Source: Paraspadella gotoi
Lineage: Eukaryota; Animalia; Chaetognatha
DNA: 64,000 nucleotides
Assembly (NCBI GenBank): GCA_051294375.1
Contig: CM119270.1
Location: forward strand, 16,266,019 to 16,330,018
Direction: 5' to 3'
The translations under genes were made by a program, and so were the position numbers. Below, one piece after another: positions 27,307 to 41,800 of the stretch. The first letter of the stretch is position 1. Every line of letters begins with the position of its first letter. A model generated the notes under the pieces. The model did not search any database and was not told the DNA's origin. It saw nothing but the letters and a program-made list of their open reading frames with translations.

Positions 27307-28807
27307 CGCTCATAACCATAAAAGCAATAAAGTGAATTTTCCTTTTTTTATTTGTTCGACCCGGCGCCGAGGTTCCGGGTTCGAGACCCGAAAGAGACAA
27401 ACTTTTATTTAAATTTCTTTTTTTCCCTTTTTTATCGTCCGGCGTTTAAAAAGGAAGGAGGGGCGAACAAACAATGGTGGGAGAGGAGGAGGAAGAGGAG
27501 GAAGAGTAGGTAGATGAGGAAGAGGGGCTAAGGGAATAGGGAGGGAGGAAAGGAGAGGGTAAAGGTGAGGAGTTTAAAGAAGAGAAGGACAAAGAAGAAG
27601 AGGAGGTAGGAAAACGACATTTTCGTGGAATAATAAAAATTTCAAAATATTATAAAGTGTCAAAAATAATTCCACAATTCTACAATTTCTACGATTTGTC
27701 TGTATTTTGACACATCGGTTGGTTTTGTGACACATTTTCATTTTGTGAGACGGAGGTTGGCTTCTGCTCCCGATATTTAATGTTTGGAAGTAAAATGAAA
27801 AAAGATTAAGAATTGTAACATTTGTTTTTTCTTTTCTTATTTTTTAAAGGCGCTTAAATTCTGAATATTGGAATATGTATCTTGTTTGCACAATAATGTT
27901 TTAAAAAAAAGAGCAGCCTCGAAGAAATATAAAGTCTGGAAGAAATGAATAGAGTCAAGTTCAGTCTGGTGATCGCGAAGAAAAGAAAAGGAAAAGAAAA
28001 ATTAGGTCGTCGGGGGAAAGAAGAAAAAAAGAAAGAAAGAAAAAAANNNNNNNNNNNNNNNNNNNNNNNNNNNNNNNNNNNNNNNNNNNNNNNNNNNNNN
28101 NNNNNNNNNNNNNNNNNNNNNNNNNNNNNNNNNNNNNNNNNNNNNNNNNNNNNNNNNNNNNNNNNNNNNNNNNNNNNNNNNNNNNNNNNNNNNNNNNNNN
28201 NNNNNNNNNNNNNNNNNNNNNNNNNNNNNNNNNNNNNNNNNNNNNNNNNNNNNNNNNNNNNNNNNNNNNNNNNNNNNNNNNNNNNNNNNNNNNNNNNNNN
28301 NNNNNNNNNNNNNNNNNNNNNNNNNNNNNNNNNNNNNNNNNNNNNNNNNNNNNNNNNNNNNNNNNNNNNNNNNNNNNNNNNNNNNNNNNNNNNNNNNNNN
28401 NNNNNNNNNNNNNNNNNNNNNNNNNNNNNNNNNNNNNNNNNNNNNNNNNNNNNNNNNNNNNNNNNNNNNNNNNNNNNNNNNACATGAAACGAAGAAAGGT
28501 TTTTTGTTAACAATAAAACATTTTAATGGGAAGAAGAAGAGGAAGAAGAGGGAGAGGAAAAAGAAGGACAGGAAGAAGAGGGAGAGGAAGAAGAGGGAGG
28601 AGAAGAGAGAAGAAAGAGAGATGAAATAGGTAGAGGGAGGAAAAGGAGAGGGAGAGATGAAAGAGGTAGAGGGAGGAAAAGGAGAGGGAGAGGTGAAAGA
28701 GGTAGAGGGAGAAAGTTAAGAGAGGAGACGAGAGTGAAAAGCGAAAAAGTAGAATCCTCCTAAACGTGAGGGTGGATTCACAAGACGAATGACTTTTTCA
28801 AAAAGTG

Positions 28808-28890
28808 GCGGCTGCGACTGCGGCTGCGGCTGCGGCTGCGGCGGCTGCCGTGTCGGCTGTGGCGTCGTTGGCGTCATCGGCGTCGGCGAC
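28808..28890. repeat. (GGCTGC)n/(GGCGTC)n GC-rich simple repeat
   Basis: Visible hexamer repeats producing poly-A, CG and PQ pseudo-ORFs. Confidence 0.85.
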
Positions 28891-30461
28891 AACTGTAAAG
28901 GTTCCTCCTTGTTTTTCTTTTTTNNNNNNNNNNTTTTTCTTTTTCTTTTTTTCATTAGATTTTCCTTTTTATTATGAAATTGGTACAAGCAATATAAAAA
29001 TTATCCATTCATTTAATAAATAAGCTATCTTTCCCCTGACTTTGGACAGGCTTTGGTGGTTTAAGGCCTCCATCACTCTTACAAGATAATGACATAGCAG
29101 GTCCCTGCAAGCTTTCAATCAAGAGTCTCTCACGGTCGAGTTTATTCACTCCCACATTATACTGGAGTTGATTCCGAAAACGATTTAAATATCAGAATTA
29201 GCCCTGTCAAGCCATGTCAATCGTGTCAACCATGTCATGTCATGTCAACAGATGCCTGGGAATATTTTGGTTTCGACAAAAAAAAACAAAAACTGTCATA
29301 GATTTTGATATCGGGCGAACGACGACGACGACGACCATGATGATTAACCATCATCCATATAACATCAACATCCCCAGCACAACATCACTTTCTTTCATGT
29401 GCTCTTATAAAACTCGCCTTTCTTAATAAGTTTCCAGCGCTATGAAATAAAAGAAATGGATATTAGAAACGTGAAAATATGGTACAGGAAAAGAAAGCCT
29501 TATTGAGAGAGAGAGAGAGATAGAAAGAGAGAGAGAGACATTTGTATGCAGAGCGTGGAACTTTGACTGGAAACTGCAAAAGGATAAGGAAGAGGAGGTG
29601 GAATAGGAGGAGGAGGAGGAGAAAGAGGAGCAGTAGGAGGAGGAGGAATAAGAGGAGAAACAGAAAAAAAAAGAGATAAAAATGGACTTTGCGGTCAGTG
29701 GGAGAAAAAGAGAGGATGACCGGGAGAGCATCTGGATTAAGGAAAAATAAGGAAGAGAAATAAAGAAAGAAAATAAAAAGGAGAAGGAAGTGAAATAAGA
29801 AGGGAAGCAAACAAGAAAATCACTGGAGCAGGAAACGCTGGGGATTAGACGTTATGTTTCTGTATATTTGGTATTAAATTAATAGGGGTAATGAAATGTC
29901 TCGATGAAATATAATTGATCCCATCCCAGAAGACATCACTAAACTCAGATATTGACAAATATACTGAAATTGTAAATGATACTAAAAAATAAAAATTGCC
30001 CAATCGAAAATAATTGTACTACATGAGTAAACAATTTTTTTTAACAAAAATATTTATTCGTTAAGAAAATTATAATTCTTTTTATTTTCATTTTGTATCT
30101 GCTAATTTAATTTTCTAATTTATCATATTCACATCACTAATCATATTCTTCAATTGTAAGCGTTGGCCCGTTGGCGAGCAATCGATAATGACATATATCA
30201 CTACCGCGTCTCAGTTTCCTATCTCTATGAAAACTTTCTTTTATCTCTGCTTAAAGATACCATACTACTAAATTTATAGTAAAATTTAAAAACTATAAGT
30301 AGAGCCACGAAAATTATTCTGTGATCTGTATTCAATGACAGGTTATCTTCTTTTTCTACTCTAAGCTTGATACCTCCAAATCGCATAACAATAATTTATA
30401 TTCATAGATTAATTTAGGATAATAATTATCATTTCAAAATTTTGCATTATTTCCCATACTT

Positions 30462-32086
30462 TTAAAGTTCATTTAATTTTTTTTTACCCGAATCTCTCTT
30501 TGAAACAAACTTCTCGTAACGTATCCACATAATGCACTGCGCAGTAGGCTCTAATCCCTGCTCCTCAGAGATTTGATCTCTCTGAGAATGAGCATTGGTC
30601 CAAAAAAAGCCCGCCGCGAATGGATAGATGACATGCGCAAGCAGAAGCCAACCACGCCACGTTGAGTGCTTGAATAGGCTGCTGTTGCTATTGTCGCGGG
30701 CCTTCCTCATTTCGCTGCAGAAATAAGAAAAACGAACCATAATGGTCATGAAGGTAGTCCAACGAGAGCTCATTTTTGGGCGCTCATTATTTGAAGGAAT
30801 AAATCAGGGAAAAGCGGATAGAGAAAGTTTGATGATTTTGGGAAAAAGTCTGTCACGGATTTTTCGTTTCACGAGTCCATTGAACCTCTTCTTCATCGAA
30901 CGGCAACAAACGACCAAAATTTCCGTTCCTAGTTTCGCAAATCAGATTCGAGCATCCCGAGTCATATCCTGGGAACTATGAGCGTAAACCCGATCAGTCT
31001 CGTCAGCCAGGGCTGAGGATTCGCGAAGCCTCGCGTGCTCATCGCGTAAGCGTGGAGATTTCAAAGAAAGCTGAAAGTCGGAAACATTCCGCTTACCTTG
31101 GCTCATATTTCTTTAAGCATCCGGACTTCGGCGAGACTGACGACCCGCCTGTGAGGTGGGCGTGCAGTTTGCACTGCTAAGTGATGACAGGCCATCGACG
31201 CAATAGTGCGTCCAAGTTGGCTCCGCGGTACGAACTGAAGTGGAATTAGGCACGTCGCGTTCGGTAGAAAGGGCATTCATCACTTGGGTCGCCAGAGGTT
31301 AAAACAGCCATGGAGCAAGAAGTTTTCATGCGGACTTAATATTAAAGGCTGTCGCCCAATTATAAAATATATAGAGTTGATTTTGTCAGTGCAGAAAGTT
31401 TCACCCCGTTTACGATTTTCGCCCCAGAAGCTCTTGTTAGAAGGCGGCAACGTCTGTGACAACCGCTGATGATCCTTCAAGCTTGTCGTCCTCAGTTTTT
31501 CGACGAGGTTTGCATCCCCGAATGCCATTATGGATTTTCCCATCTACGATGTCCATGAATGAAAGGTTGCACACCAAAACCTGTTTGTGCTTGTCCAGTT
31601 CTACGGAACCTCGAAGTAGTTTCACCCTCCAGAGCGCCCGAACGGGACGTCAATGGGCTTTCGATGATCCTTTGTCCATCGACGCCTTCCATGTACGTCA
31701 GTGTCGAGGACCTCGAAGTTGGGACGAAACTTTCCATCTCGACGAAAAACAAAAGACCATCTTCCTTCTCCGGCCAAATTCGTCGAATTCGTAGCCTCAC
31801 ATGGGATTCGGCGCGGCAACTCGCTCAAACTGCCCTCGTCAAATCTTCCGCTTTCAGCGGCGCGAGGCTCTCGAGGGAAGAAGGCGATCGATATTGAGAA
31901 CCGGTTTCCGCCGGAGTTGGATGTTCTCGAAGTAGGCCTCGAGCGGCTTCTAGAGGTCGCCGAGTCTCCCGTCCAGAATCCTGATTGACGCGTCCCAACT
32001 TTATCCTCGATATCTTCGACAGCGGCGGAAATACGTTCGGATGCTGAAGAAGGAGGTGGTGCCATGACGACGAACGAACCCGTCAT
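30462..32086 (-). CDS. Intronless CoA-dependent acyltransferase / stand-alone condensation-domain-like protein (alcohol acetyltransferase/PapA-like), copy A, heavily frameshifted
   Basis: Fragments in shifting frames: LRIRRIWPEKEDGLLFFVEM, (LWR)VKLL...VLVC...H..IVDGK(S)IMAF (degenerate HxxxDG), and C-terminal NVAWL...VIYPF..FWTNAHS. The ~1.6-kb span fits a ~500-540 aa protein. The start codon is tentative. Confidence 0.6.
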
Positions 32087-33060
32087 CCGAAACAGTTTGA
32101 GTCGGTTAAAACCCAATCACTGATTTTTGTTTTTGAAGGGATTTTAGACTCGTTAAAAAATAGGGAAAAAAAAGGAAAAGTTTTCGAAGAGGATAAGACT
32201 AAATGGAGAGGAATGGACTTTAAACACTGAATCAAAGTTAGTCTGAAATTATTAATAATTACTAATAATTACTATTGCTTAAATAATTAACGAACCTAAA
32301 TTTCTTTGTGAAGTAATTTGCAATCAAAAATTAGGACCCGTAACAATGACTATGATCAACTCGCCCTGAGTTTTGTTTCCAAGCTCTTTTTTTTTTTTTT
32401 TTGATCGTAACAAACGAGTAACGGAAGTTGATTGCATGCGATTTATTAATGATTATATAATATTTATATTATATTTATAAATGATTAAATGAACAAACAT
32501 TCAAAGGCCAAACGGTCAATTTTTTTTGCCAACCTTCAGGGAGGAGTCAATGAAGAAGTTGAAATCATGAGCTTTCTCTTAAGCTTATTACACTTTAATC
32601 TTTAACATCCAAACCCTTTATTATCATGTTTAACTTTCATAAAATTATAATCTTTAAAATTTTAGAATCCAATTCACATTATTTTATACCCATGAAAATT
32701 TGCAAAATTACTTTGTCACTATTTTATATTTCATGAAGGATTTAGTATTTAATCTATATTATTTTAAACAAATATATATTGCCTTTCTTTTTTTTAAAAA
32801 ATGTTTCATTTATATCTAATAATTCAATTTGTGGAAGGGAAAGTCTAGTGTTGTCTTTCTGGGAAAATAGAAGGAGCATCTCTTATACAACACAAGGTTT
32901 CTGAACCTAAAATCGAATATTTCTTTAGGCTTTCAGCTCCGATGCGTATTTTTTTTCCTCTTCTTTCTCCTTTCTTTTTCTTCTCTTTCCTTTTTTTTTT
33001 CCTTTCCTCCGTTTCCTCCGGAAGGTCAAGGTTTTTCTTTTAATGTTTACTCGAAATTTC

Positions 33061-33068
33061 TGACGTCA
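33061..33068. promoter_or_regulatory. TGACGTCA (CRE consensus) between the divergent genes; copy B at 45796-45803
   Basis: Perfect 8-bp palindrome in the ~2.3-kb head-to-head interval. Could be chance. Confidence 0.25.
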
Positions 33069-33129
33069 TCAATGGACTGAAGAGGCCCTGGGGACTCACG
33101 GTCCCGTGAATAACTGAGAGGAGGCGGAA

Positions 33130-33385
33130 AGGAGATGGTAAGGAGATGCGGGAGGTGATGGGAAGAGATGTGGAAGGGGCATGGGGAAGCAATGGGGAAA
33201 AAGATGGGGAGGTGATGAGGAAAAGATTTAAAAGGACGATGGCGAAGAGATGGCGAAGAGATGGCGGAAGAAATGGGCGAAGAGATGGGGAAGAGATGAT
33301 GGAAGCGATGGGAAGCAAATGCGGGGAAAGAAATGGGGAATATATATGAGGGATGGTTAAAATGATGGGGAAGGAGATGGGAAGG
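33130..33385 (+). repeat. Purine-rich ~11-bp minisatellite (GATGGGGAAGA)n; copy B at ~45865-46105
   Basis: Repeated gatggggaaga/gatggcgaaga units. Confidence 0.85.
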
Positions 33386-33469
33386 AGTAGAAAAGAGGTT
33401 GAGATGATGTTTTAAAAAAGAACAGGAGGAGGAGGACACTTAAATGAAGAAAGATTTTAATCACTCGTC

Positions 33470-33547
<78 letters not shown>

Positions 33548-34350
33548 CCTTTTTCTCGAGCGCTAATACCATATATTCCTTCGGACGCGCATCATCAATC
33601 TTATCAACGTCTTGTTATTAAACTCGAGACGAGAGAGAATCTATTAAAGCCCCCACGTGAAAATATTTGTTGTTTTAGGGTTCAAAAAACCGCGAGGGTC
33701 GTTGTTGTGTTGTCGTTGTTGTCGTTGAATCTTCGTCAAATGTTGTCGTCAGGGATGAGGAAAAGAAGAGCTGAGGGAGAAAATGGAAACAAATTAGTTG
33801 ACAAGGAACGACTCGCTTTCGTTCTTATTTTTTTTTCCTACTGCCGAGGAGAGATAGAAATAATAACTGCTATTTATTATGATGAAATGCGATTATGGAA
33901 TCCACGTTTTATTGCGGACAAAACGTTTCCCGCCAATTAATCAGAGTTAGATTATTACAATTTCGCTAAAGTTCCATGTTTTAAAAATGGTTTCTTACAC
34001 TAACGAATTCAAATGGATTTTGTATTCAGATTAGAATGCCCGTTCCGGGGACAAAAACTTACAAGGAGAAAAACAAAATTAATTTTCGTCTAACGTTTTA
34101 AAATGGCTGCTTGGTGTAACAAAGTTAGCCGTAAAATCGCAAACGGAAAGCATCAAATCAAGATAACACGAATATAATTAAAAAATTAAATAATTAAATT
34201 ATTGGACCAAAAAGGCACAAAAACGGGATTCGGGAATCAGAGAAAAGAAAAGAAAATCCAAGTGAGATCTTCGGACTGGCATTCTACTAACCTTTGACTA
34301 TTGCAATTAATTAAATATTTAATCGCGGTAAATTAATTATCGAATTCAGG

Positions 34351-36334
34351 ATGACCCTCTCGCTCTCATACGAGAGAGAAGCGTCTTGAGGAAAACCTTT
34401 TGGTGAGAAGTTGGGTGATAATTTAATTTATAAATAAATATAAACTATACTAATTCTATTATTATAAACAGTTATCTCTTTTTCCCCCCCAAGACGGAAC
34501 GAACAATCCGTTTCTTCTCCTTGAAAGAATTCTCTACCTCCGAGAGAAACGTTGCGATCCGTTTGGGAGGCCGGAGTCACAAGGAGGTCGCCTGTCCAGA
34601 ATGTTCGAGAACGATTCGTCAACGCCGGCGGAACAACGCCAATTCTGACCAGGTCGCACCAAAGACCACGGTCGCGTCCTCTCCTTCGCCACGCGGCGTT
34701 GCGGCGCAGGACTCGCCCAGGAGCATGGACGAAAGGCTTCGGGTTTAGTGAGAGCGCAGCAGGTCGCTCGGAATGAGTTTCAAAGATTCTATACAACTGT
34801 ATTAATAAATGGAATATTAATGTCCTGTTATTGCAGTGACGTAATTTTCGTTCTTTTGCAAAATTCGAAAATCGGCTTTTTTTTTTTGGAGTTTGATTGT
34901 ATCTCAGTTGATATGAGAACATAGCGAAATCTATTCTTTTAGCAACCCTCAGTCCAACGTAATCTCAGATTTCGGTTGGAGGAAGACCGCATTTACTTGT
35001 TTCTTGTATTCTGTATTAGCATTGTCATTTGCTATCGGATCTTGCTTCATTCTTTGGTTATAACTTGTAGCGACCTCAAGCACTCCGCGCTTCATTGATA
35101 AATGATACTTTCTATCAAGGTTTGTTGAAAACGTGAAATATTTTTTGTTAGTTTATTGCGAAAATCATCAACATACCTTCCATAGAATGAGAATTTTGAA
35201 ACTAATTTCTTCCAGATTATACGTTGACAGAAGACAAAAACTCCTTGGATAACCAGCGTGGCAAACAAACAGTTTCTCTGCAATTGACAATAGCTTCTTC
35301 TTCGCGGCTAGCCTCTTCGGTTGCGTGGGTGAGGTGATAGTCAGCAGTGAAGTATTTAGAATAATTCGATAAAGTTTTTAAGTTTTAAAGTTTTTAAAGT
35401 TTTTAAAGTTTTTAAAGTTTTTCCCGAGCAAAAAATATATTTGACAAAACCGCGACAATTTTTTTTTTTCCCATCATGGTTATCATGGGCTAAGAAAGTT
35501 ATTGTAGTCAATGTAGTAATGTCATGTCACGTGCATGTCATTTCATGTCATGTCATGTCACAAAAAATATACGGCGATAGGCAGCTTACTGCGGCGCAAC
35601 ACCTTTGAATTACCGTTCTTGTTGATAAATACTTGGCTCAATTTTCTTGACAGGATCCCGTTTTCTGAGCGACCGTTTGGGACCGAGAAAAGCGAACATC
35701 TCAATCAATTTCCCCCACCTTTTGAGCGAATTTTAAGCCTTGACCTCTTCTACATCGAATCTCCCGAGCTGCCTTATTCGTCAGCCGGTTCCTGGTCGCG
35801 AATCCACTGGTGGCTGGATTCAATTACGTTCCTCTTTATCTCATAGAAATCGCTCCCACCAAATAACAGAGGTAGAATTTAGGTCTCTTTTGGATTCGTA
35901 ATTAATCAATATGAAATCGTTTTAAAATCGTTAATTCTCTTTTCAGGAGGAATATCCGCAGTCGCGGCAATGACTGTCTGCTTCGGAAATCTTAAGGTCG
36001 CTCAAATTTTATCGATGCCTCAAGTTTTGGGCAGCGAAAGAGTTGTGGGCCTTACCTCACGGGGTTCAATGTGATTCCTGCGAGCATTTTCGTTGCTCCT
36101 TTTTGCCCTTTTGCGTCGGAGAGTCCAGGTAAGTCACTTGAAGCCAAAACAATTGTGGAATTACATGACGCAAAGTATTTTGATATTGCGACCCGACTTT
36201 ATTTTGATGAAAGCTAAAACGCGAGCGTTGAGGTCAAAAATTTACAGATGACTTAACTATTTTTAAATGATAAAATAAGATAGATAAGTAAATAAAAACT
36301 ATAAAAGAAAAAAAAAAATAAATAAATAAAATAA

Positions 36335-36369
<35 letters not shown>

Positions 36370-38083
36370 ATACAATAAATAAATAAATTAAATTAAATAA
36401 ATAAAAAAAAAATTTAAAAAAAAAATACGCCCTTATTTTATTTGAATTTTTGAGTTATCTCTTACATCATCCAAAAATTGACAAGAAAGAGCTGAGTCGG
36501 CCCCTGCGGCCGCCTGCTGGGCATTGGATGAAGACGTCTCCAATCGAATTTAAAGAGATGGAAATTGAAAAAAAGATGCACGAATTAATGAAATACAGAA
36601 TCGTCGATTTATTTTTCGGACAGAACACGCGATGGCCGCTTTTTATGGCTTGGCATATTGCGGGTTACGATGTTTAGTCAGAATTCTTTTCATACTTAAA
36701 TGTAATATTTCTTTGATTTTAAAATAAACTTTTCAAAACTTGAATATACTACTATAAACCTGTCCTAATCGTCTTGTTATAATTTTCGGGCCCCCTTATT
36801 TCAGTTAATTTGCTTCATTGTAGCGCGCGATACCGACTGACGCTATTCAGACACATATTCTGGGGGATAATTCTTTAGCTGAATTATGGTGCTACATAAA
36901 ATTTTAAATTTTATATAACAACGGACCATTTGCTTTTTGAACAATATCTTCATCAGGTGTAAAAAAAAGCATCATTCCTCGTAATTGGTCGCCTTGGATT
37001 GATTAATCTTATAGCCGTATGGACCAGGGGTTTGTTTTACATTGACAATTAGAGCAGTAAGAAAAATTTTCTTATAATTTATTTGTTGCTGTGGACTATA
37101 ATTAATTTCATCGTCTTGACTATTAACGGTCTAGTTTATGAGGTTAGTAAAAATATCAAATTAAATTAAACCACATGTTTTTTTGATAGGAATAAATATT
37201 AGCAAAAGGCTTCCGCACGAAAAGTAATACGAAAATCATTCAGACTACTCAAACAATGCCGGACACAAAAAGCTATTTTTAAATGATCAACTATCATTGG
37301 CTGTATTGTTATTTATCAAATCTGCACTGCAATCTGCCTCACGCTCAATTCCTGCCTGCATATCGTGCGAGATATTTCAACAGGTGCTTCAAGTGCAATT
37401 AAATTGATTGACACAATTCTAGATCATCGAAGTATTCCAACTTTGAGTCGCCAGACTAGTATATAGTATATACTAATATTATAGTATATACTAATTTCTT
37501 TGGGAACCCGATCTGCGGCTATATCGTTTTCCCAAGCCTGCGGCTTTTCTCTTCAGATTGATTCTTTCTGCCTACATTTTGTGCTGGAGTGGATAAAGAG
37601 TAATGAAATGATTTAAGAAAAATGAATGCATAAAATGAAGAGGACTATATTTAAATAATGATAAAAAAGAGTGTAATTCTAGGCAACACGAAAAGTCGCA
37701 TTAATAATAGCGTATTTTAATGTAAGTTACGTCTAACGATATCAATCCATTTCAGAACGCGCTTCGCGTCCCTTCACATTTATTCCATTTCATTGTCTTG
37801 ATTGCTGTCATCCCCTCTCATTTTCATTTATGTTTCCGGAAACAAAGACAAATCGTTTAATACCTTCAGGCTCACAGGCAAGAAAAAAAAAAAAAGATTT
37901 AACTTTACCGGGAGTTATAAGTTTAAGTGTATGACCATATTAGACCCCCCAATGGTATCCAAAAAGTTCAATAATTGGAGCAAAAACCTAAAAAAAATCT
38001 TACTCCTCAGATCCAGCAGGGCGGCGACAGCTGGTTCAATGTTGCACAGGCGAGTCAAAAGGCCAGGCGATGCTTAGACCACG
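34351..38083 (+). CDS. SLC2/GLUT-like sugar-porter gene 1, copy A (error-rich, truncated in last exon by gap)
   Basis: Same exon series as 47072-50696 but with many 1-bp indels. These are probably sequencing error rather than true pseudogenisation. Confidence 0.8.
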
Positions 38084-38818
38084 NNNNNNNNNNNNNNNNN
38101 NNNNNNNNAAAAAGAAATGAAGTGAAATAAGAAGGGAAGCAAAACAAGAAAAATACTGCGAGCAGGAAACGCTGGGATTAAGACGTCTATGTATTCTGTA
38201 TATTTGGTATTAAATATTAATAGGGTAATGAAATGTCTCGATGAAATATAAATTGATCCACATCCCAGAAGACATCACTAAACTCAGATATTGACAAATA
38301 TACTGAAATGTAAATGATACTAAAAAATAAAAATTGCCCAATCGAAAATAATTGTACTACATGAGTTAAAACAATTTTTTTAACAAAAATTATTATTCGT
38401 TAAGAAAATTATAATTCTTTTTATTTCATTTTTATCTGCCTAAATTGTAATTTTCTAATTTATCATGATTCACATCACTAATCATATTCTTCCATTGTAG
38501 GCGTTGGCCCGTTGGCGAGCAATCGATAATGACATATATCACGTACCGCGTCTCAGTTTCCTATCTCATGAAAACTTTCTTTTATCTCTGCTAAAGATAC
38601 CATACTACTAAATTTATAGTAAATTTAAAAAGCTTATAAGTAGAGCCACGAAAATTATTCTGTGATCTGTATTCAAGTACAGGGTTTATCTTCTTTTCTT
38701 CTCTAAAGCTTATACCTCCAAATCCATAACAATTAATCATAAATTCATAGATTTAATTTAGGATAATAATTAATCATTTACAAAATTCTTGCATTATTTC
38801 CCATACTTTTAAAGTTCA

Positions 38819-41800
38819 TTAATTTCTTTTACGCCGAATCTTCCCTTTAGAAACAACTTCTCGTAACGTATCCACATAATGCACTGCGCAGTAGGCTTCT
38901 AATCCCTGCTCCTCAGGATTTGATCTCTCTGAGAATGAGCATTGGTCCAAAAAAGCCCGCTCGCGAATGGATAGATGACGATGCGCAAAGCAGAAGCCAA
39001 CCACGCCACGTTGAGTGCTTGAATAGGCTGCTGTTGACTATGTCCGAGGTCCTTTCGCTTCATTTCGTGCAGATAGGAAAAACGAACCATAATGTCATGA
39101 AGTAGTCCAACGAGAGTCTCATTTTTGGCGCTCATTATGAGAATAAATCAGGGAAAAGCGGATAGAGAAAGTTGATGATTTTGGGAAAGTCTGTCACGGA
39201 TTTTTCGTTCACGAGTCCATGAACCTCTTCGTTCATCGAACGAGCAAACGACCAAAATTTCCGTTCCTGAGTTTCCAAATCAGATTCGACATCCCGAGTC
39301 ATCCTGGGCACTTGAGCGTAAACCCCGATCGTCTCGTCAGCCAGGGGAGGATTCGCGAAGCCTCGCGTGCTCATCGCGTAAGCGTTGGAGATTTTCAAAG
39401 AAGCTGGAAAGTCGGAACATCCGTCCTTGGTCATATTTTCTTTAAGCATCCGGACTTCGGCGAGACTGACGACCGCCTGTAGGGTGGCGTGCAGTTTGCA
39501 CTGGTGATGACGGCATCGACGCAATAGTTGGTCCAGTTGCTCCGCGGTTAGCTGAAGTGGAATTAGGAACGTCGCGTTCGGTAGAAAGGGCATCTTCATC
39601 TTGGGTCGAGAGGTTAAAACAGCCATAGAGCAAGACGGTTCATGCGACTTTATATTAAAGGCTTCGCCCAATTTATAAAATAGATAGATTTNNNNNNNNN
39701 NNNNNNNNNNNNNNNNGTTGATTTTTGTCAGTGCAGAAAGTTCACCCCCCCCCGCTTTAGATTCTCGCCCCAGAAGCTCTGTTAGAAGGCGGCAAACGTC
39801 TGGGACAACCGCGTGATGATTCCTTCAAGCTTGTCGCCTCAGTTTTCGACGAGGTTGATCCCCGAATGCCATTATGGATTTTCCCATCTACGATGTCCAT
39901 GAATGAAAGGTGCACACCAAAACCTGTTTGTGCTTGTCCAGTTCTACGGAACCTCGAAGTAGTTTCACCCTCCAGAGCGCCACCGAAGCGGGAGTCAATG
40001 GGCTTCGATGATCCTTTGTCCATGGACGCCCTTCCAGTACGTCAGTGTCGAGGACCTCGAAGTTGGGACGAAACTTTCCATCTCGACGCAAAAACAAAAG
40101 ACCATCTTCCTTCTCCGGCCAAATCGTCGATTCGTAGCCTCACATGGGATTCGGCGTCGCAACTCGCTCAACCCCTCGTCAAATCTTCCGCTTTCAGCGG
40201 CGCGAGGCTCTCGAGGGAAGAAGGCGATCGATATGAGAACGTCCGCGGAGTTGGATGTTCTCGAAGTAGGCCTCGAGCCGGCTTCTAGACTCGCCGAGTC
40301 TCCCGTCCAGAATCATTGACGCGTCCAACTTATCCTCGATATCTTCGACAGCGCGGAAATAGTCGAAAAGAGGCAATATTAAAAAAAATAGAAGAAAATG
40401 GAAGAAATATAAAGAGAAAAAAAAGAGAATAAAATATGAGAGAAATGATAATAAAAACGTTAAATCTACACCAGAAACGACTTTTCTCTGTAAAAAATAT
40501 GAAAACTTAAAAATAACAGAAAACTATTTTTCCAAGTAAAAAGAAATAAAACTTAAAAAAAAAAACGCAAACGTTTTTTCCAATGTAAAAAGAGTTAAAA
40601 AACACGATACAACTCCTCTCTCAAAGTAAAAGTAATAAAAATGTTAAATACACGGCAACGACATTTCCCAAGAATAACAATTTAAAACAAAAAACGCTTT
40701 TCCAATGTAAAAAGAGATAAAAAAATTTCTAAAACACCAACAAATACAATATAAAACGTTAAATACTTCGCAAATAACATTCATCGAGGTTGTTAAATTG
40801 GGAGGACAGTTATAAAATCTTTATCAAAACAAACAAATTTCCTCTCTTTATTTAGTTCCTCTCTCTCTTTTTCTCTTTAATTTTAGTAGCTTTCTCTCAC
40901 TTCTCAATAGATAAAAGTTAAAAACACCAGAAAAACGACTTTTTCTCTGTAAAAGATATGAAAACTTAAAAATACAGAAAACGATTCTTTTCCAAGTAAA
41001 AAGAAAAAAACTTAAAAAAACGGCAAACTTTTCCATGAAAAAGAGTTAAAACACCGATAAACGACTTTTCTAAAGTAAAATATAAAACGTTTAAATACAG
41101 CGGCAGACGTATTCCAAAGAGATAACAACTAAAAACAAAGAAAAACGCTTTTCCAATGTAAAAAAGATAAAAATTCAAAAACACCGGAAAAATATTTTAA
41201 AGAAAAAAGAAATAAAAAACGTTAAATACTTCTGCAAATAATCATCGAAGGTGTTAAAATGGGTGAGACAGTTATTAAATATCTTTTTATCCAAAACAAA
41301 ACAAATTTCCTTCTTTTACTTTATTCCTTCTCTCTCTCTTTCCTTAATTTATGTAGCTTTCTCTCACTCTCAATAGATAAAAACGTTAATACAACCAGAA
41401 CACTTTTCTCTGTAAAAAAGATATGAAAACTTTAAAATACAGAAAACGATTTTTTCCAACTGTAAAAAAACATATAAAATCTTATAAAACAAACATCCGT
41501 TTATTTACCTCCACAGATATGGCAAAACACATACCATACTGATAAGTAAATATATAAAGACGTAACTTACTAGTCGAGACAACGATATTTCCAAGAATAT
41601 ATCACTATAAATAACACATAGTATAATATAGCGCCTTCTTCCGATTGTAAAGAGATAAAAATTTCTAAAACACAGTGAACAACGAATTTTATATAGAAAA
41701 AGAAATAAAATCGTTTAAAACAAATAACATCATAGAGTGAATGTTAGACAGTATAAATATCTTTATCAAAACAAAACAAATTTCCTCTCTTATATCTTAG

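Larger units (their letters stand above)
29787..38083. repeat. ~8.3-kb duplicated block, copy A (acyltransferase-like gene + GLUT-like gene 1)
   Basis: Collinear with 38119-50644 across introns and intergenic DNA. Differences are mostly 1-bp indels, and the copies are joined by a 25-N gap. Confidence 0.95.

Noticed and set aside
27369-27391. tRNA-like T-arm/B-box GAGGTTCCGGGTTCGAGACCCG
   Set aside because: No D-arm/A-box or acceptor stem (upstream is poly-T). At most a SINE or tRNA remnant.
26536-28513. Long ORFs full of X (also 15494-16165)
   Set aside because: They merely span N gaps.
28789-28977. CGCGCGCG Cys/Gly-rich metallothionein-like ORF
   Set aside because: Product of the (GGCTGC)n simple repeat next to a gap.
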